This document shows positions 20,485 to 30,611 of a stretch of 64,000 nt of DNA, one piece after another (position 1 is the stretch's first letter; each line of letters begins with the position of its first letter). Both the position numbers and the translations under genes were made by a program. Source of the DNA: Candidatus Latescibacterota bacterium (GTDB lineage Bacteria > Latescibacterota > UBA2968 > UBA8231); NCBI GenBank assembly GCA_965197905.1, contig CBDAOB010000005.1, positions 1,024,001 through 1,088,000 of the forward strand, written 5' to 3'. The notes beneath the pieces were generated by a model. That model was given only the letters and a program-made list of their open reading frames with translations. It did not search any database and had not been told where the DNA came from.

Positions 20485-22002
20485 TTGAACGAGAAGACCA
20501 AAACCTTTCCCGCTCTTGACTGGCACGGGGTGTGGCCTGGCTACGTCAGCTACGATGAAAAGGGCCGCTACTTTCCCCAGGATTTGCCCCGCGGGCTGAA
20601 GCTGTCGGTGCAACCAGCCCAGCAGGGAGAGGCGGTTTTCAGCCGTACCGAGCGCTGGGAAAAGAGCAACACCCATTACCCTACCATCATTCATGACAAT
20701 GGCCGTTTTCGCATGTGGTACGTGGCGTTCGCCGATCCAGAAGATCCGTGGATAAAAACCGCGAATCTACCGGGGAAACTGCCTAGCCTTTGGTGTTACG
20801 CCGAAAGCGAGGATGGTTTCAACTGGGTGCGTCCGAATCTGGGTTTGTTCGAGTATGACGGTTCCACGGAGAACAACATCCTTTTCGCCGCCGGCGACTC
20901 CGGCTGCCATTACGGCTACATGAATCTCATGCGCGACGACCGCGGCGATCCTGAAGAGCGGTACAAGGCGATCACCATCGCCGGAAAATTCTTCGTGGAC
21001 GGCAAACCCGCCAGTCGGGCGGAGGTGGTGAAACTGCGGGCGGCCCGGGAAGCAGCCGGCGATGCAGGCGAGATCGGCGCCAACATCACCTCGCAGATGA
21101 TGATTCTGGGTGGCGTCTCGCCGGATGGCATCCACTGGACCCATCTTGAAGAGCCGCTCATGGAGCCGCCGTGGCTTCTGGATACGCAGAACATCTTGAA
21201 CTTCGATGAAGAGAGCGGCAAATACGTCATCTATCTTCGCAGCGGCCACGAACGGCGGCGCGCGGTTTCCCGCTACGAGGCGGACGACTTTCGCGGTCCG
21301 TGGGGCAATCACCAGATGGTGCTGACGGCGGAGCCGGAAGACGGCCCCGATTGGGATATCTACGCTCCCTGCTATTGCCCCCACCCTCACGGCAAACACC
21401 TGATGTTTTTCAGTCCTTACCGCAGGGCCAGCGATCTGGTCGATGTCTACCTTGCGGTCAGCCACGACGGGAAACTGTGGTTCCGCCCCGAACGTGTTCC
21501 TATCATTTCCACCAGCGACCGCTACGGTAGCCTATATCCCACTCCCGAGTTGGTGGATTTGGGGGACGATCGCTGGGGACTGCTGACTATGGGGTGTCCC
21601 GCTCCGCACAACCGGGGCTGCCCCGAACTTCCCGAGGAGTTTTTCTGGTCGACCTGGAAGCGGGATCGATTAGTGGCCTGGGAGGCGGATGATTACGCCG
21701 AGTTCGCTCTCTCCGAACGGGAATGTGCTGGAGCGCAACTGACCCTGAACTTCAAGACCCACCAGCCGGGCGCTTTCGTTAAGGTAGAGATCGTCGATGG
21801 CGGTTTGCCCAACCGCGCCACCGCGGCTGAACCCTCGCCTCTGGACGGATTCAGCTTCGCGGAATGTGATTCTTTGAGTGGTGACGAACTCGACGCGGTG
21901 GTCACCTGGAACGGGAAGAGTGACCTCTCTGTGTTGCGAGGCAAGAAGATCCACCTGCGTTTCCGTATGGCCCGCGCCCGCCTTTTTGCCGTAACGTTGT
22001 AG
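20485..22002 (+). CDS. Uncharacterised beta-propeller protein, close paralog of 9432..10979
   Basis: Shares 'LDWHGVWPGY.SYDE.G.YFPQD.PRG' and 'LLDTQNIL' and has an almost identical C-terminus. TTG start after GGAGA is inferred. Confidence 0.75.
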   Translation: MNEKTKTFPALDWHGVWPGYVSYDEKGRYFPQDLPRGLKLSVQPAQQGEAVFSRTERWEKSNTHYPTIIHDNGRFRMWYVAFADPEDPWIKTANLPGKLPSLWCYAESEDGFNWVRPNLGLFEYDGSTENNILFAAGDSGCHYGYMNLMRDDRGDPEERYKAITIAGKFFVDGKPASRAEVVKLRAAREAAGDAGEIGANITSQMMILGGVSPDGIHWTHLEEPLMEPPWLLDTQNILNFDEESGKYVIYLRSGHERRRAVSRYEADDFRGPWGNHQMVLTAEPEDGPDWDIYAPCYCPHPHGKHLMFFSPYRRASDLVDVYLAVSHDGKLWFRPERVPIISTSDRYGSLYPTPELVDLGDDRWGLLTMGCPAPHNRGCPELPEEFFWSTWKRDRLVAWEADDYAEFALSERECAGAQLTLNFKTHQPGAFVKVEIVDGGLPNRATAAEPSPLDGFSFAECDSLSGDELDAVVTWNGKSDLSVLRGKKIHLRFRMARARLFAVTL

Positions 22003-22052
22003 GAAGAGATGCGTCCACTGCGCGACCGGCCACGACCTGGAGAAGAATTTAG

Positions 22053-22907
22053 ATGTTGATCGGCATAGCAACCCTGAAGAGCGACCCCTGGAAACTGGAA
22101 GAGAACTTCCATCGCCTGGAGGCCATGGTGAGGGAAGCCGCCGGCCGCCGAGCGGAGCTGGTCATGGCGCCGGAATCGGTGCTGGATGGTTACGTCTTCA
22201 ACGCCGACCCCACTTCCACCAAGGCGGAGATGCTGAAGATCGCCCAGACCGTTCCGGATGGAGAGTACCTGGGAAGAGCGGGTGCGCTCTGCCGGGAATT
22301 GGAGATCTATCTGATCTTCGGATTCCTGGAACGCGAAGGCACCGATCTGTTTAATGCTTGCGTATTGTTGGGCAGAGAAGGTGAGGTGCTTGCCCATCAT
22401 CGCAAGATTACCACCGCCGGCGAGTACGACATCACACCGGGATCCGAACTGAAACCGTTCGACACGCCGCTGGGGAAGGTCGGTTTTCTGCTCTGCAGCG
22501 ATCGATCGGCAGACAACGTCCGCACCCTGGCAGTTCAGGGAGCCGGAGTCATCTTTATCCCGATGGATGGCAGCGGCGGGCCGGACAACACCGAGAAGAT
22601 GCGCTGGCGCGCCAAGGAGAACGGCTGCTGGATCGTGATCGCCAATACCTGGAGCGCGGTGCTCATCAGTCCCAGCGGCGAGCTGAATCTCGAGAAATAT
22701 GAAACCGAATGTGTCAGCGTTCAGGTGCTGATGTTACCCCATGAGAACAATATGTCCCTCGCTAGACGCAGGCCCGACCTCTATGGTCCGCTTACGACGC
22801 CCTGCGATAGCGGGGGCTTTTACGATGCTCAGGGAAACCTGACGGAGGCTGCCTTGGAGCAGAGGGAAGAATCGCGTCGTAAGGCGCTGGAAAAGCGGAA
22901 GCGCTGA
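22053..22907 (+). CDS. Carbon-nitrogen hydrolase family protein
   Basis: APES (Glu), HRK (Lys), LCSDR (Cys), 'RRRPDLYG'. Confidence 0.85.
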   Translation: MLIGIATLKSDPWKLEENFHRLEAMVREAAGRRAELVMAPESVLDGYVFNADPTSTKAEMLKIAQTVPDGEYLGRAGALCRELEIYLIFGFLEREGTDLFNACVLLGREGEVLAHHRKITTAGEYDITPGSELKPFDTPLGKVGFLLCSDRSADNVRTLAVQGAGVIFIPMDGSGGPDNTEKMRWRAKENGCWIVIANTWSAVLISPSGELNLEKYETECVSVQVLMLPHENNMSLARRRPDLYGPLTTPCDSGGFYDAQGNLTEAALEQREESRRKALEKRKR

Positions 22908-22939
22908 GTGTCATACAAGCCAATCTCGAAGGAGAAGGA

Positions 22940-23763
22940 ATGGCCGATCTGTTTTTCGAAGGTGAAGTAGGGGCCGTGGATGTCCATGGCCACTACGGTT
23001 ACTACGACCATGGCAAGTTCTCCGATCTACAGCTCGAGTTCCTCAGCGCCGAGCCACAAGAGGTTCTCAGACGCGCTCGTCACGCGCGCACGCAATTCAC
23101 CCTCGTGTCTCCACTGTCCGGACTGACGCCCGTCGGGCTTCTCGATGTGCTGAAGGCCAACGAGGAGGCTTCCAAGGTGGTCGACGAAAACGAGGGGCTG
23201 CTGCAGTACGTCATCATCAACCCGTTGCAGACCGAATCCTATGATCAAGCGGTAGATATCCTGCAGCGGCCCAAATGCGTCGGCATAAAGATCCACCCCG
23301 AGTCGCATCAGTACCCCGTCGCCGAACATGGCGATCCCGTCTTCGAATTCGCCGCCAAACACAAGGCCGTTGTTCTGGTACACAGCGGCGACGTAAACAG
23401 TGCGCCGGATGATTTCGTGCCGTTCGCCGATCGCTATCCGGAAACCCGGATTATCTTGCCCATCTGGGCAACGGGGGCGCCGCAGCCGGTTCACCTGAGC
23501 TTCAGGTGCGGGCGCTGCAAAAAGCTCGCGGCGACAATCTTTTCATCGATACCTCCAGCGCCCGCAGTATTCTTCCCCGTCTGTTGGAATGGGCAGTGGA
23601 GGAGGTGGGCGCCGATCGCCTGCTCTACGGTACCGACACTCCGGTCTACTACTCGGCCATGCAGTGGGCGCGGGTGGTCTGCACCGATCTCAGCGAATCC
23701 GTGAAGAGAAAGATCCTGCGGGAGAACGCCTTCGAGCTCTTCGGACTGCAATCGCAGCTCTGA
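22940..23763 (+). CDS. Amidohydrolase_2 family metallohydrolase; -1 frameshift at ~23458
   Basis: DVHGH, GIKIHP, VHS. Adding one G restores 'ILAHLG' and joins the 'RLLYGTD...ILRENA' segment of ORF 23506..23763. Confidence 0.85.
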
Positions 23764-23798
23764 GTGTTGGGCAGTTTGGATCGCGCGGTCGCTCGGCG

Positions 23799-24596
23799 CT
23801 ACCGGGTGACCCAATGTCGAAAAAGAGGGCGCGCGCTTTCTGGAAGTTGCTCGAAGGTGGTGGCCGGAATGGCGGGCACTTCGTTCTCTCTGCCGCCCAC
23901 CGCATCCACAATCTGTTCCCTTTCGACCGAACCCGGTCGCAGCACCTCCAGATTCAACCACCATGGCGCATACCGAACTACGACGGAAACCCGCGGATCC
24001 AGCGAGCGGTTTGGTGCGGAAGCATGCCAGAGGCGGCTATCGAAGAGCAGAACGCTTCCGGAGGTCCCTGTGGCGTTGAACTCGGTGGGGTACGGGGCCA
24101 GCGGATCGATGCCGTTGTCGCCGGTCGGGTTGTTGGAGGTGCGGTGGCTGCCAGGTACGACCAGCGTGCCTCCGTTTCCCTCGGTAAACGGGGAGAACAT
24201 CCACAGCGAGGTCAGGTGGAAGGTGGCGTCCGGATACGGCGCCGGAATGTGCCCGGCATTGCGCTGGTTGAACGGCCAGTCGGCGTGCCATCCGCCGCGT
24301 TCGTTGCCCGGATAGTTTATGGTCCCGGTGGTGAAGGACACCCGGACATGCTCGCCGAGCATGGCGTTGACCAGCCCCATGATGGCCGGCGCCGCGAGGT
24401 ATTTGGCGAAGGTCTGATCGTGAACGATGATAGAGGAGAGGTGTCCGATTCCGGCCGGGGCGTTCGGATTCCGATTTTCGGCGACGGTGTCGGCAACGCT
24501 TCGACGTATCGTGTCGACATCCGCGGGTGGAACGATATCCGGCACAACGCACCAGCCATCGGTTTTCAGATGAAAGAGATTCTTCTGCGTACTCAT
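23799..24596 (-). CDS. Phytanoyl-CoA dioxygenase (PhyH) family Fe/2OG enzyme
   Basis: WHADW, 'NGGTLVVPGSH', 'LWHAS'. Confidence 0.9.
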   Translation of the reverse strand: MSTQKNLFHLKTDGWCVVPDIVPPADVDTIRRSVADTVAENRNPNAPAGIGHLSSIIVHDQTFAKYLAAPAIMGLVNAMLGEHVRVSFTTGTINYPGNERGGWHADWPFNQRNAGHIPAPYPDATFHLTSLWMFSPFTEGNGGTLVVPGSHRTSNNPTGDNGIDPLAPYPTEFNATGTSGSVLLFDSRLWHASAPNRSLDPRVSVVVRYAPWWLNLEVLRPGSVEREQIVDAVGGRENEVPAIPATTFEQLPESARPLFRHWVTR

Positions 24597-24612
24597 TGAT
24601 CCTGCTCCGGTT

Positions 24613-24912
24613 TCATCCGGACGCAAAACGGGCAACGAATTCGTCCAGGCGCTCATCTTCCGTTGAAGCCGAAGCCACGACGCCAAGCAGCGCACCCACC
24701 GGAGCCGTCTCCCCGACGTTCACGAGGCGTCTTCGCAATATTCCCTCTACCGGCGACTCGTAAACTCCGGTCACCTTCTCGTTTTCGATCTCCGCGATCT
24801 CGTCGCCGACGTCCAGCTCGGTGCCTTCTTCCACCAGCCATGCCACCACTGTGCCGTTCTTCATCGCCATGCCCCATTTGGGCATCTTGAGCGCCTTGAT
24901 GCCGTCACTCAT
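24613..24912 (-). CDS. Stand-alone lipoyl-carrier domain (AcoC N-terminus-like, no catalytic domain)
   Basis: 'MPKWGMAMKNGTVVAWLVEEG', lipoyl-Lys motif 'IENEKV', 'PVGALLGVV'; stops after 99 aa. Confidence 0.85.
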   Translation of the reverse strand: MSDGIKALKMPKWGMAMKNGTVVAWLVEEGTELDVGDEIAEIENEKVTGVYESPVEGILRRRLVNVGETAPVGALLGVVASASTEDERLDEFVARFASG

Positions 24913-24933
24913 GAGCGAATACTAGGTGCAGGC

Positions 24934-25938
24934 TCAACCGGCGATGTCCAACACCGCGGCCTCGATCTTGTCCGCGTTGGGCAGATAGGCATCTTCCAGC
25001 TCCGGCGCAAAAGGCACCGGGGTGTGGGGGGGACAGACCATCTTGATCGGGGCCTTGAGGGCGTGAAACGCCTCCTGTGCGACCAGGGCGGAGATGTCGG
25101 TGGCCAGATTGCAGCGCGGGTTCGATTCGTCCACGATGACCAGGCGTCCGGTTTTCTCCACGGTACCGAGTATGGCACTCTCGTCCAGCGGCGACAGGGT
25201 GCGGGGATCCAGGACCTCGCACTGAACCCCCGCTTTGGACAGGTTGTCGGCCGCCTCGTTGGCGAACAGCACCATACGACCGATCGCGACGATCGAAACG
25301 TCGTCCCCTTCTCGCGTGATATTGGCCTCCCCGAACGGAATTGCGTACTCCTCGTCGGGGACCTCACCCATTTCGTCGTACATCACTTTGTGCTCGAGAA
25401 AGATGACCGGATCGTCGTCTCGAATCGACTGGGTCAACAGACCCTTCGCATCGTACGGCGACGACGGCACGACGACTTTCAAACCCGGCAAATGAGTTAC
25501 GATGGGATAGAGCGTCTGACTGTGCTGCGCCGCGGCACGCAGGCCGGCGCCGTACATGGCTCGAATGGTTACCGGCACTTTGGCTTTACCGCCGAACATG
25601 TAGCGGAATTTCGCTCCCTGATTGAAGATCTGGTCCAGGCAGACTCCGAGGAAATCGATGTACATCAGCTCGGCCACGGGCCGCAAACCAGTAGCCGCCG
25701 CACCGACGGCAGCACCGATAAACGCCATCTCGCTCACCGGGGTATCGAGAACCCGGTCGCGACCGAATCTTGGGGCGAGCCCCTTGGTGACACCCAACGG
25801 ACCACCCCAGGCATCGTCCTCGCCACCGGCGCCCATACCTCCCGAGATGTCTTCCCCCATCAGGATCACCGTCGGATCTTTTTCCAGTTCCTGTGCCAAC
25901 GCCTCGTTGAGCGCCTGGCGCATGCTTTTCTCAGCCAT
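24934..25938 (-). CDS. acoB: Acetoin/2-oxoacid dehydrogenase E1 beta subunit
   Basis: 'GEDISGG', 'DTPVSE', 'AAAQHSQ', 'DDPVIFLEHK'. Confidence 0.88.
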   Translation of the reverse strand: MAEKSMRQALNEALAQELEKDPTVILMGEDISGGMGAGGEDDAWGGPLGVTKGLAPRFGRDRVLDTPVSEMAFIGAAVGAAATGLRPVAELMYIDFLGVCLDQIFNQGAKFRYMFGGKAKVPVTIRAMYGAGLRAAAQHSQTLYPIVTHLPGLKVVVPSSPYDAKGLLTQSIRDDDPVIFLEHKVMYDEMGEVPDEEYAIPFGEANITREGDDVSIVAIGRMVLFANEAADNLSKAGVQCEVLDPRTLSPLDESAILGTVEKTGRLVIVDESNPRCNLATDISALVAQEAFHALKAPIKMVCPPHTPVPFAPELEDAYLPNADKIEAAVLDIAG

Positions 25939-25947
25939 GAGACAACC

Positions 25948-26916
25948 TCAATAGGAAGTGTAGACGTTGGTCAGCAGGTCGCCCTCGGTGGGGGAAGGTG
26001 CTTTCTTTGCTTCTTCGACCGCTTCCTCGACGAGCACCTCGGCGACGCTATCGATGCGATCGAGCTCGTTCAGGTCGACGAGCTTTTCTTTTTCGGCGCG
26101 GGCGCGAAAGGTCTTCAAACAGCATTTGTTTTTGCGTAATTCCTTAACCTCGTTTCGCGGTCGATAAGTCCCGGGATCTCCTTCGTAGTGGGAATAGAAT
26201 CTAGGCACTTGAAGGTGAAGGAGGGCGGGTCCGCCGCCGCCGCGGGCGTGGTCGACAGCCTCGCCGGCCGTTGCGCACACCTGTAGAACATCGTGTCCTT
26301 CCTCGACCCGCCAGCCGGGAATATTGAATCCCTTGGCACGGTCCAGCTGGTCACCCGCCACCGCCCAGCTACTGGAGGTCGACTCGGCATAGCCGTTGTC
26401 TTCCACCGCGAACACGACGGGCAGCTGCCAGACGCTTGCCAGATTGAACGACTCCAGCGCCGCCCCTTCATTGGTGCCGCCCTCCCCCATGAAGGCCACG
26501 GCGACACCCCCGGTCTTCAACGTCTTTGCCGTGAGCGCCGCTCCGACGGCCGACGGTGCGCTTCCACCGACGACGGCATTGGCGCCCATCATGCCCTTGT
26601 CGAAGTCGGCGATATGCATGGACCCGCCTTTGCCTCCGCAGAGGCCATCTCGCTTGGCGAAGATCTCCTTCATCATCCCTTTGACATCGCAGCCTTTAGC
26701 AATGCAATGACCGTGGCCCCGATGGGTGCTGCCGATGTAGTCGGTGTCATCCAAATGAGAGCAGACCCCAACGGCCGATGCCTCTTCGCCGGCGTAGAGA
26801 TGAGAAAAGCCGGGAACATTGCCTTCCGAGATCTCCAGGTGCAGGCGGTCCTCGAAGGTGCGAATGGTGCGCATCTGTCGGTACATCTCCAAAAGTTCGA
26901 CTTGACTCAGGTCCAT
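25948..26916 (-). CDS. acoA: Acetoin/2-oxoacid dehydrogenase E1 alpha subunit
   Basis: 'HLYAGEEA', 'STHRGHGHCIAKG', 'GKGGSMHIAD', ThDP motif GEG...EDN. Confidence 0.88.
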   Translation of the reverse strand: MDLSQVELLEMYRQMRTIRTFEDRLHLEISEGNVPGFSHLYAGEEASAVGVCSHLDDTDYIGSTHRGHGHCIAKGCDVKGMMKEIFAKRDGLCGGKGGSMHIADFDKGMMGANAVVGGSAPSAVGAALTAKTLKTGGVAVAFMGEGGTNEGAALESFNLASVWQLPVVFAVEDNGYAESTSSSWAVAGDQLDRAKGFNIPGWRVEEGHDVLQVCATAGEAVDHARGGGGPALLHLQVPRFYSHYEGDPGTYRPRNEVKELRKNKCCLKTFRARAEKEKLVDLNELDRIDSVAEVLVEEAVEEAKKAPSPTEGDLLTNVYTSY

Positions 26917-26930
26917 GAAGTCCTCGTTGC

Positions 26931-27278
26931 TCAGTCCCAGTGGGTGGCGGCATCCAGCTCGGGATAACCCCAGACCATGCGGCACGGCAGACCCGACCGG
27001 TTGTGGAACTTGTGTTTCATACCGATGGGAACCAACATACCATCCCCGCGCTCGAGCTCGATCTCTTCCTCGCCGAGCCAGACGGTGGTGCTGCCTTCGA
27101 ACACGTAGAACACCTCCTGGACGTCGTGATGGTGCCAGTCGACAATCGAGCCGGGCTCGAAAACGAGGTCTCCCAGCGTGGTGTTTGATCCAGCCTTTTC
27201 GTCCACAATTACACGTTCCCCGTAACCGACGATACCGTAGGTAACCGTGTCGCGGTCCTTCGACTTTATTACCGGCAT
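26931..27278 (-). CDS. Cupin domain protein
   Basis: 'WHHHDVQEVFYVFEG' and 'PIGMKHKFHN' metal-binding motifs. Confidence 0.85.
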   Translation of the reverse strand: MPVIKSKDRDTVTYGIVGYGERVIVDEKAGSNTTLGDLVFEPGSIVDWHHHDVQEVFYVFEGSTTVWLGEEEIELERGDGMLVPIGMKHKFHNRSGLPCRMVWGYPELDAATHWD

Positions 27279-27296
27279 AGTGCCTGCTCCTTTTAA

Positions 27297-28073
27297 TCAA
27301 CCAGTTTCGGTCAAAAGGGGGGCTACAAGCTGGTAACCCTCTTCCAATGACTGCAACGGATTGATCAGTTTCGGACTGAGCTCAAGACTGACGGCGTCCT
27401 CGTACCCCACCGTGCGTAGAGCCGCAAAGGTGCGTTCCAGATCCGCTTCCTGCATGACACCGTGCAGCAACGGTAGGTGAAGGTCGCCTTTCCCATCATT
27501 GTCGTCCAGATGAACATAGCCCAACTGCTCGCCGGCGCATTCTATGACGTCGACTGGATCTTCGCTGGAGATCTGCAGGTGTCCCAGATCGAGCAAGAGA
27601 TAGAGATTGGGGTGGCCAATGGTGTCGAGGTATTCCAGTGTGCCCAGAGCTGTGGGCAGGCTCAACCCGGGAAAATGTTCGACACAGAGTCTACAGCCAG
27701 CTGCCTGCGCGCTTTCCGCCGCCTTGGCGAGGGCATCGCCGTATTTGGTGAGCGCCGCTTCGCCGCTGTCCTGGCCAGGGACGACGTAGGCGATGTTAGC
27801 ACCCAACGATACTCCCTGTTCGCAGGATCGGCTGACGACACCCAGAGCGGCCTCGACCGATCGCGGGTCCTCGCTGTGAAGGGCATCGGCATCGAAGTGG
27901 ATACTCATACAGCTGACATCCATGCCCAGCTCCTTTGCCGCCGATTCCACCTCAGGTTCTACAAAGGTATCGGGCCGCATGTCGATGAGTTCGTAGCCCA
28001 CTTCGCGAAGTCGCCGCAGGTCGAGCTGATTCAGCTCGGGCAATGCCCAGGCGCAACAGGAAATCCCGATCAT
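27297..28073 (-). CDS. Sugar-phosphate isomerase/epimerase (xylose-isomerase-like TIM barrel)
   Basis: 'LCVEH', 'LDLGH', 'VHLDDNDG..DLHLP', 'SLEL'. Confidence 0.85.
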   Translation of the reverse strand: MIGISCCAWALPELNQLDLRRLREVGYELIDMRPDTFVEPEVESAAKELGMDVSCMSIHFDADALHSEDPRSVEAALGVVSRSCEQGVSLGANIAYVVPGQDSGEAALTKYGDALAKAAESAQAAGCRLCVEHFPGLSLPTALGTLEYLDTIGHPNLYLLLDLGHLQISSEDPVDVIECAGEQLGYVHLDDNDGKGDLHLPLLHGVMQEADLERTFAALRTVGYEDAVSLELSPKLINPLQSLEEGYQLVAPLLTETG

Positions 28074-28079
28074 CGCGGT

Positions 28080-29546
28080 TCAGATGTCGTCAAGGGGATA
28101 GACCTTGCGGCCCAGGTTTTGAAACTGAATCGGACCGGTCGTAGGATTCTGCGCGCTGGGTTCTGTAACATTGTAGATGGCGCCGGCAAAAGGTTCGAAG
28201 TGGGCGCGGTAATGGTTGGCGGATTTTATGCCTATGTACCGCATTTCTTGGGGAAGGAGCTTCAACGAGCGGGCAACGGCGGAGTCGAAAGGTTGTTCGC
28301 GGATACTTACCAGAAGGACGTGGATCCCATCCTCCACGATGTGCGCCGACGGACCCAGATTGCCCTCTAGACCGGCGTTGCGCGGGCCATCGTATTTGAA
28401 GCGGCCATCCGACACGGCGACCACTTCGGCGTGCATTCGAACCGGCTTTCCCTGCATGGGAGAAGATTTGCCACCCACATCAAGCTCGAGGCGCGCTCCA
28501 GGCCCGGCGCTGTGGCACTGCGCGACGGATTCGCGATCGACGATGTTCAGGATACAGGCCTCCTTGAGCCCGAAGTCGATGAACGCCTGCAGCACCGCGG
28601 TACTGTCTCCCGGGGAACCCCCGCCGGTATTGTCGTAGCGATCGGAGAAGATCACCGGAAACGGTCCCTTGCCGTCAAGCTTTTCGAGAACCTCGCGGGT
28701 GTCAGTTTGGGGTTCGTGCCAGCCGGCGCGGCGCTCGAAGATCCACGCCCCCAACTCGTCTGCATGCTGCTGCGCCAGTTCCAGGTCGTTCTCGGTGGCC
28801 ACATACACCGAAGCCCCCATACATGGTACGTCCGCCAGCGGAAAGGAGGCCGATAGCGAGGCGCAGACGACGCCCGGCGAGCCCTCGATGCGATAGAGGC
28901 GGTCGATCACTTCCTTCATTGGCTGGTGCGCCGTGACCTGCTTCGCACCCCAGATCATCGGCAGGGGACACAGGGCCATGGTCGGGCGCAGCCCTTCGTT
29001 TACCATACGCATGAGTACGTCAGCGCATTGTCGAGCCCGCTCGGCTTGATCGATCTCGGGAAAGGTCTTGCGACCGATCAGGACGTCCGCCATCTCCACC
29101 ATTTGCTGCGAGACGTTGGCGTGTATATCAAGCTCTGCCAGAATGGGCACGTCCGGACCCACCAACTCGCGAACCGCGGCGAGCATATGACCTTCGCCGT
29201 CGTCGATTCCCTCCGCCACCATGGCACCGTGAAGCTCCAACAGCACGCCATCCACTTTGCCGGCAGCGGCCATGCGTTCCAGTATATCGTTCAAGATCGT
29301 ATCGAAGATTTCCCGCGGGGTTGGGCCACTGGGGTAGGCGTGGGCGCAGACCGTGGGAATCAGTTCGAATCCATGGGTTTTGGCCCCATCCAGATATCCT
29401 CCGATGATCGAATTGGAGCCGCGGAATTTGTCGAAAATCTCCTCTCCGGTGAGATACCCCACACGCTCCCGGTAGCTCTCCCAGGTGGTGGCCACCGGTG
29501 TGAAGGTGCTCGTTTCGTGGGCGAAGGTTGCGGAGAGAACGCGCAT
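28080..29546 (-). CDS. M81 family metallopeptidase (MlrC-like)
   Basis: 'HETSTF', 'LHGAM', 'LDIHAN', 'DNTGGGSPGD', 'KSANHYRA'. Confidence 0.9.
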   Translation of the reverse strand: MRVLSATFAHETSTFTPVATTWESYRERVGYLTGEEIFDKFRGSNSIIGGYLDGAKTHGFELIPTVCAHAYPSGPTPREIFDTILNDILERMAAAGKVDGVLLELHGAMVAEGIDDGEGHMLAAVRELVGPDVPILAELDIHANVSQQMVEMADVLIGRKTFPEIDQAERARQCADVLMRMVNEGLRPTMALCPLPMIWGAKQVTAHQPMKEVIDRLYRIEGSPGVVCASLSASFPLADVPCMGASVYVATENDLELAQQHADELGAWIFERRAGWHEPQTDTREVLEKLDGKGPFPVIFSDRYDNTGGGSPGDSTAVLQAFIDFGLKEACILNIVDRESVAQCHSAGPGARLELDVGGKSSPMQGKPVRMHAEVVAVSDGRFKYDGPRNAGLEGNLGPSAHIVEDGIHVLLVSIREQPFDSAVARSLKLLPQEMRYIGIKSANHYRAHFEPFAGAIYNVTEPSAQNPTTGPIQFQNLGRKVYPLDDI

Positions 29547-29660
29547 TGTTGCTCCTCCAGCAAGGTTTGTGCAGACTATCGATGCTTGGCCCGCGGGGCT
29601 GCAGCGGAGAATCCACTCTAACGATTTCGGAACTCAGAAACAAGCGCCAGGAGAAAGCAG

Positions 29661-30611
29661 ATGTCTCGACTACGCGTCGCCGAAGTAGGGATCCGCGGTA
29701 AAGGGGGGCAGCATATGGAAATCCTGAGCGGCTTCGAGGAAGTGGAATTGGTCGCGGTCTGCGATACGGTGCCGGAGATTCTCGAATCCGTCGGCGACAA
29801 GTTCGGCATCAGTCGCCGATATTCCTCAGTAGATCAGCTGCTGGACGGCGAAGAGCTGGATGCGGTTTTCATCGCCACCCCGCCGGAATTCAATGCGCCG
29901 GTGGCCCTCCCTTGCCTGGAACATGGAGTCAATACCTTTCTAGAGAAACCACCGGGCATGACCGCTGCCGAGGCAAAGGCACTCGTCGTGGCCGCCGAGA
30001 AATCAGGTGCTAAAGGCATGGTGGGGCTGAATCGACGTTTTCATCCCATGCTCAACCAGGCTCTGGAGATGGTGGAAGAACGGGGGCCGGTAGTACAGCT
30101 GGTGGGCGAATTTCACAAACCCATGTCGGTACTCGCCAAGATGAGCCGGTTCGCACCCGAGGTCATGGACAACTGGCTGGTGGCGAACGATATCCACGTC
30201 GTCGACATGGTGCGCAGAATGGCCGGCGCCGAGGTCCGCGAGGTTCACAGCTTTGCTCGCCGCGCCGTTTCCGAGTACCGCGATGTGCACGCCGCGCTGG
30301 TGGTGTTTGAAAACGACTGCGTCGCCAGCTACAGCTTCAACTATACTACGGCGGCGAGGCTCGAGCGCTACGAGATCCACGGCAACAACGTCTCGGCTTA
30401 CCTGGAGGGTGTCCGCGAGGGTTTTGTGCTGCGCGACGATGAACGCATCGAGCTGCCGTTTCCAGAGACCAGCGGCACCGAGGAGGAGATTCGGTATTTC
30501 ATCGACTGCCTGCTCGAGGACAGGCCGGTAACGGCCCCGGCCCCCACCCTGGAAGAAGGATTCAAGAGCGTGCAACTCGTGGAGGCAATTCGTGCCGGCC
30601 TGAAGGACTAG
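29661..30611 (+). CDS. Gfo/Idh/MocA family oxidoreductase
   Basis: 'DAVFIATP', 'LEKPP', 'GLNRRF', 'IHVVD'. Confidence 0.9.
   Translation: MSRLRVAEVGIRGKGGQHMEILSGFEEVELVAVCDTVPEILESVGDKFGISRRYSSVDQLLDGEELDAVFIATPPEFNAPVALPCLEHGVNTFLEKPPGMTAAEAKALVVAAEKSGAKGMVGLNRRFHPMLNQALEMVEERGPVVQLVGEFHKPMSVLAKMSRFAPEVMDNWLVANDIHVVDMVRRMAGAEVREVHSFARRAVSEYRDVHAALVVFENDCVASYSFNYTTAARLERYEIHGNNVSAYLEGVREGFVLRDDERIELPFPETSGTEEEIRYFIDCLLEDRPVTAPAPTLEEGFKSVQLVEAIRAGLKD

Noticed and set aside
25948..27300. 450-aa AcoA with a long N-terminal extension
   Set aside because: The extension overlaps the cupin gene in another frame. AcoA similarity begins at the ATG at 26916, which has a GAGGA RBS.
28080..29546. Microcystin degradation (mlr) cluster
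   Set aside because: Only an M81-family member is present, without mlrA/B/D, and the family is widespread.
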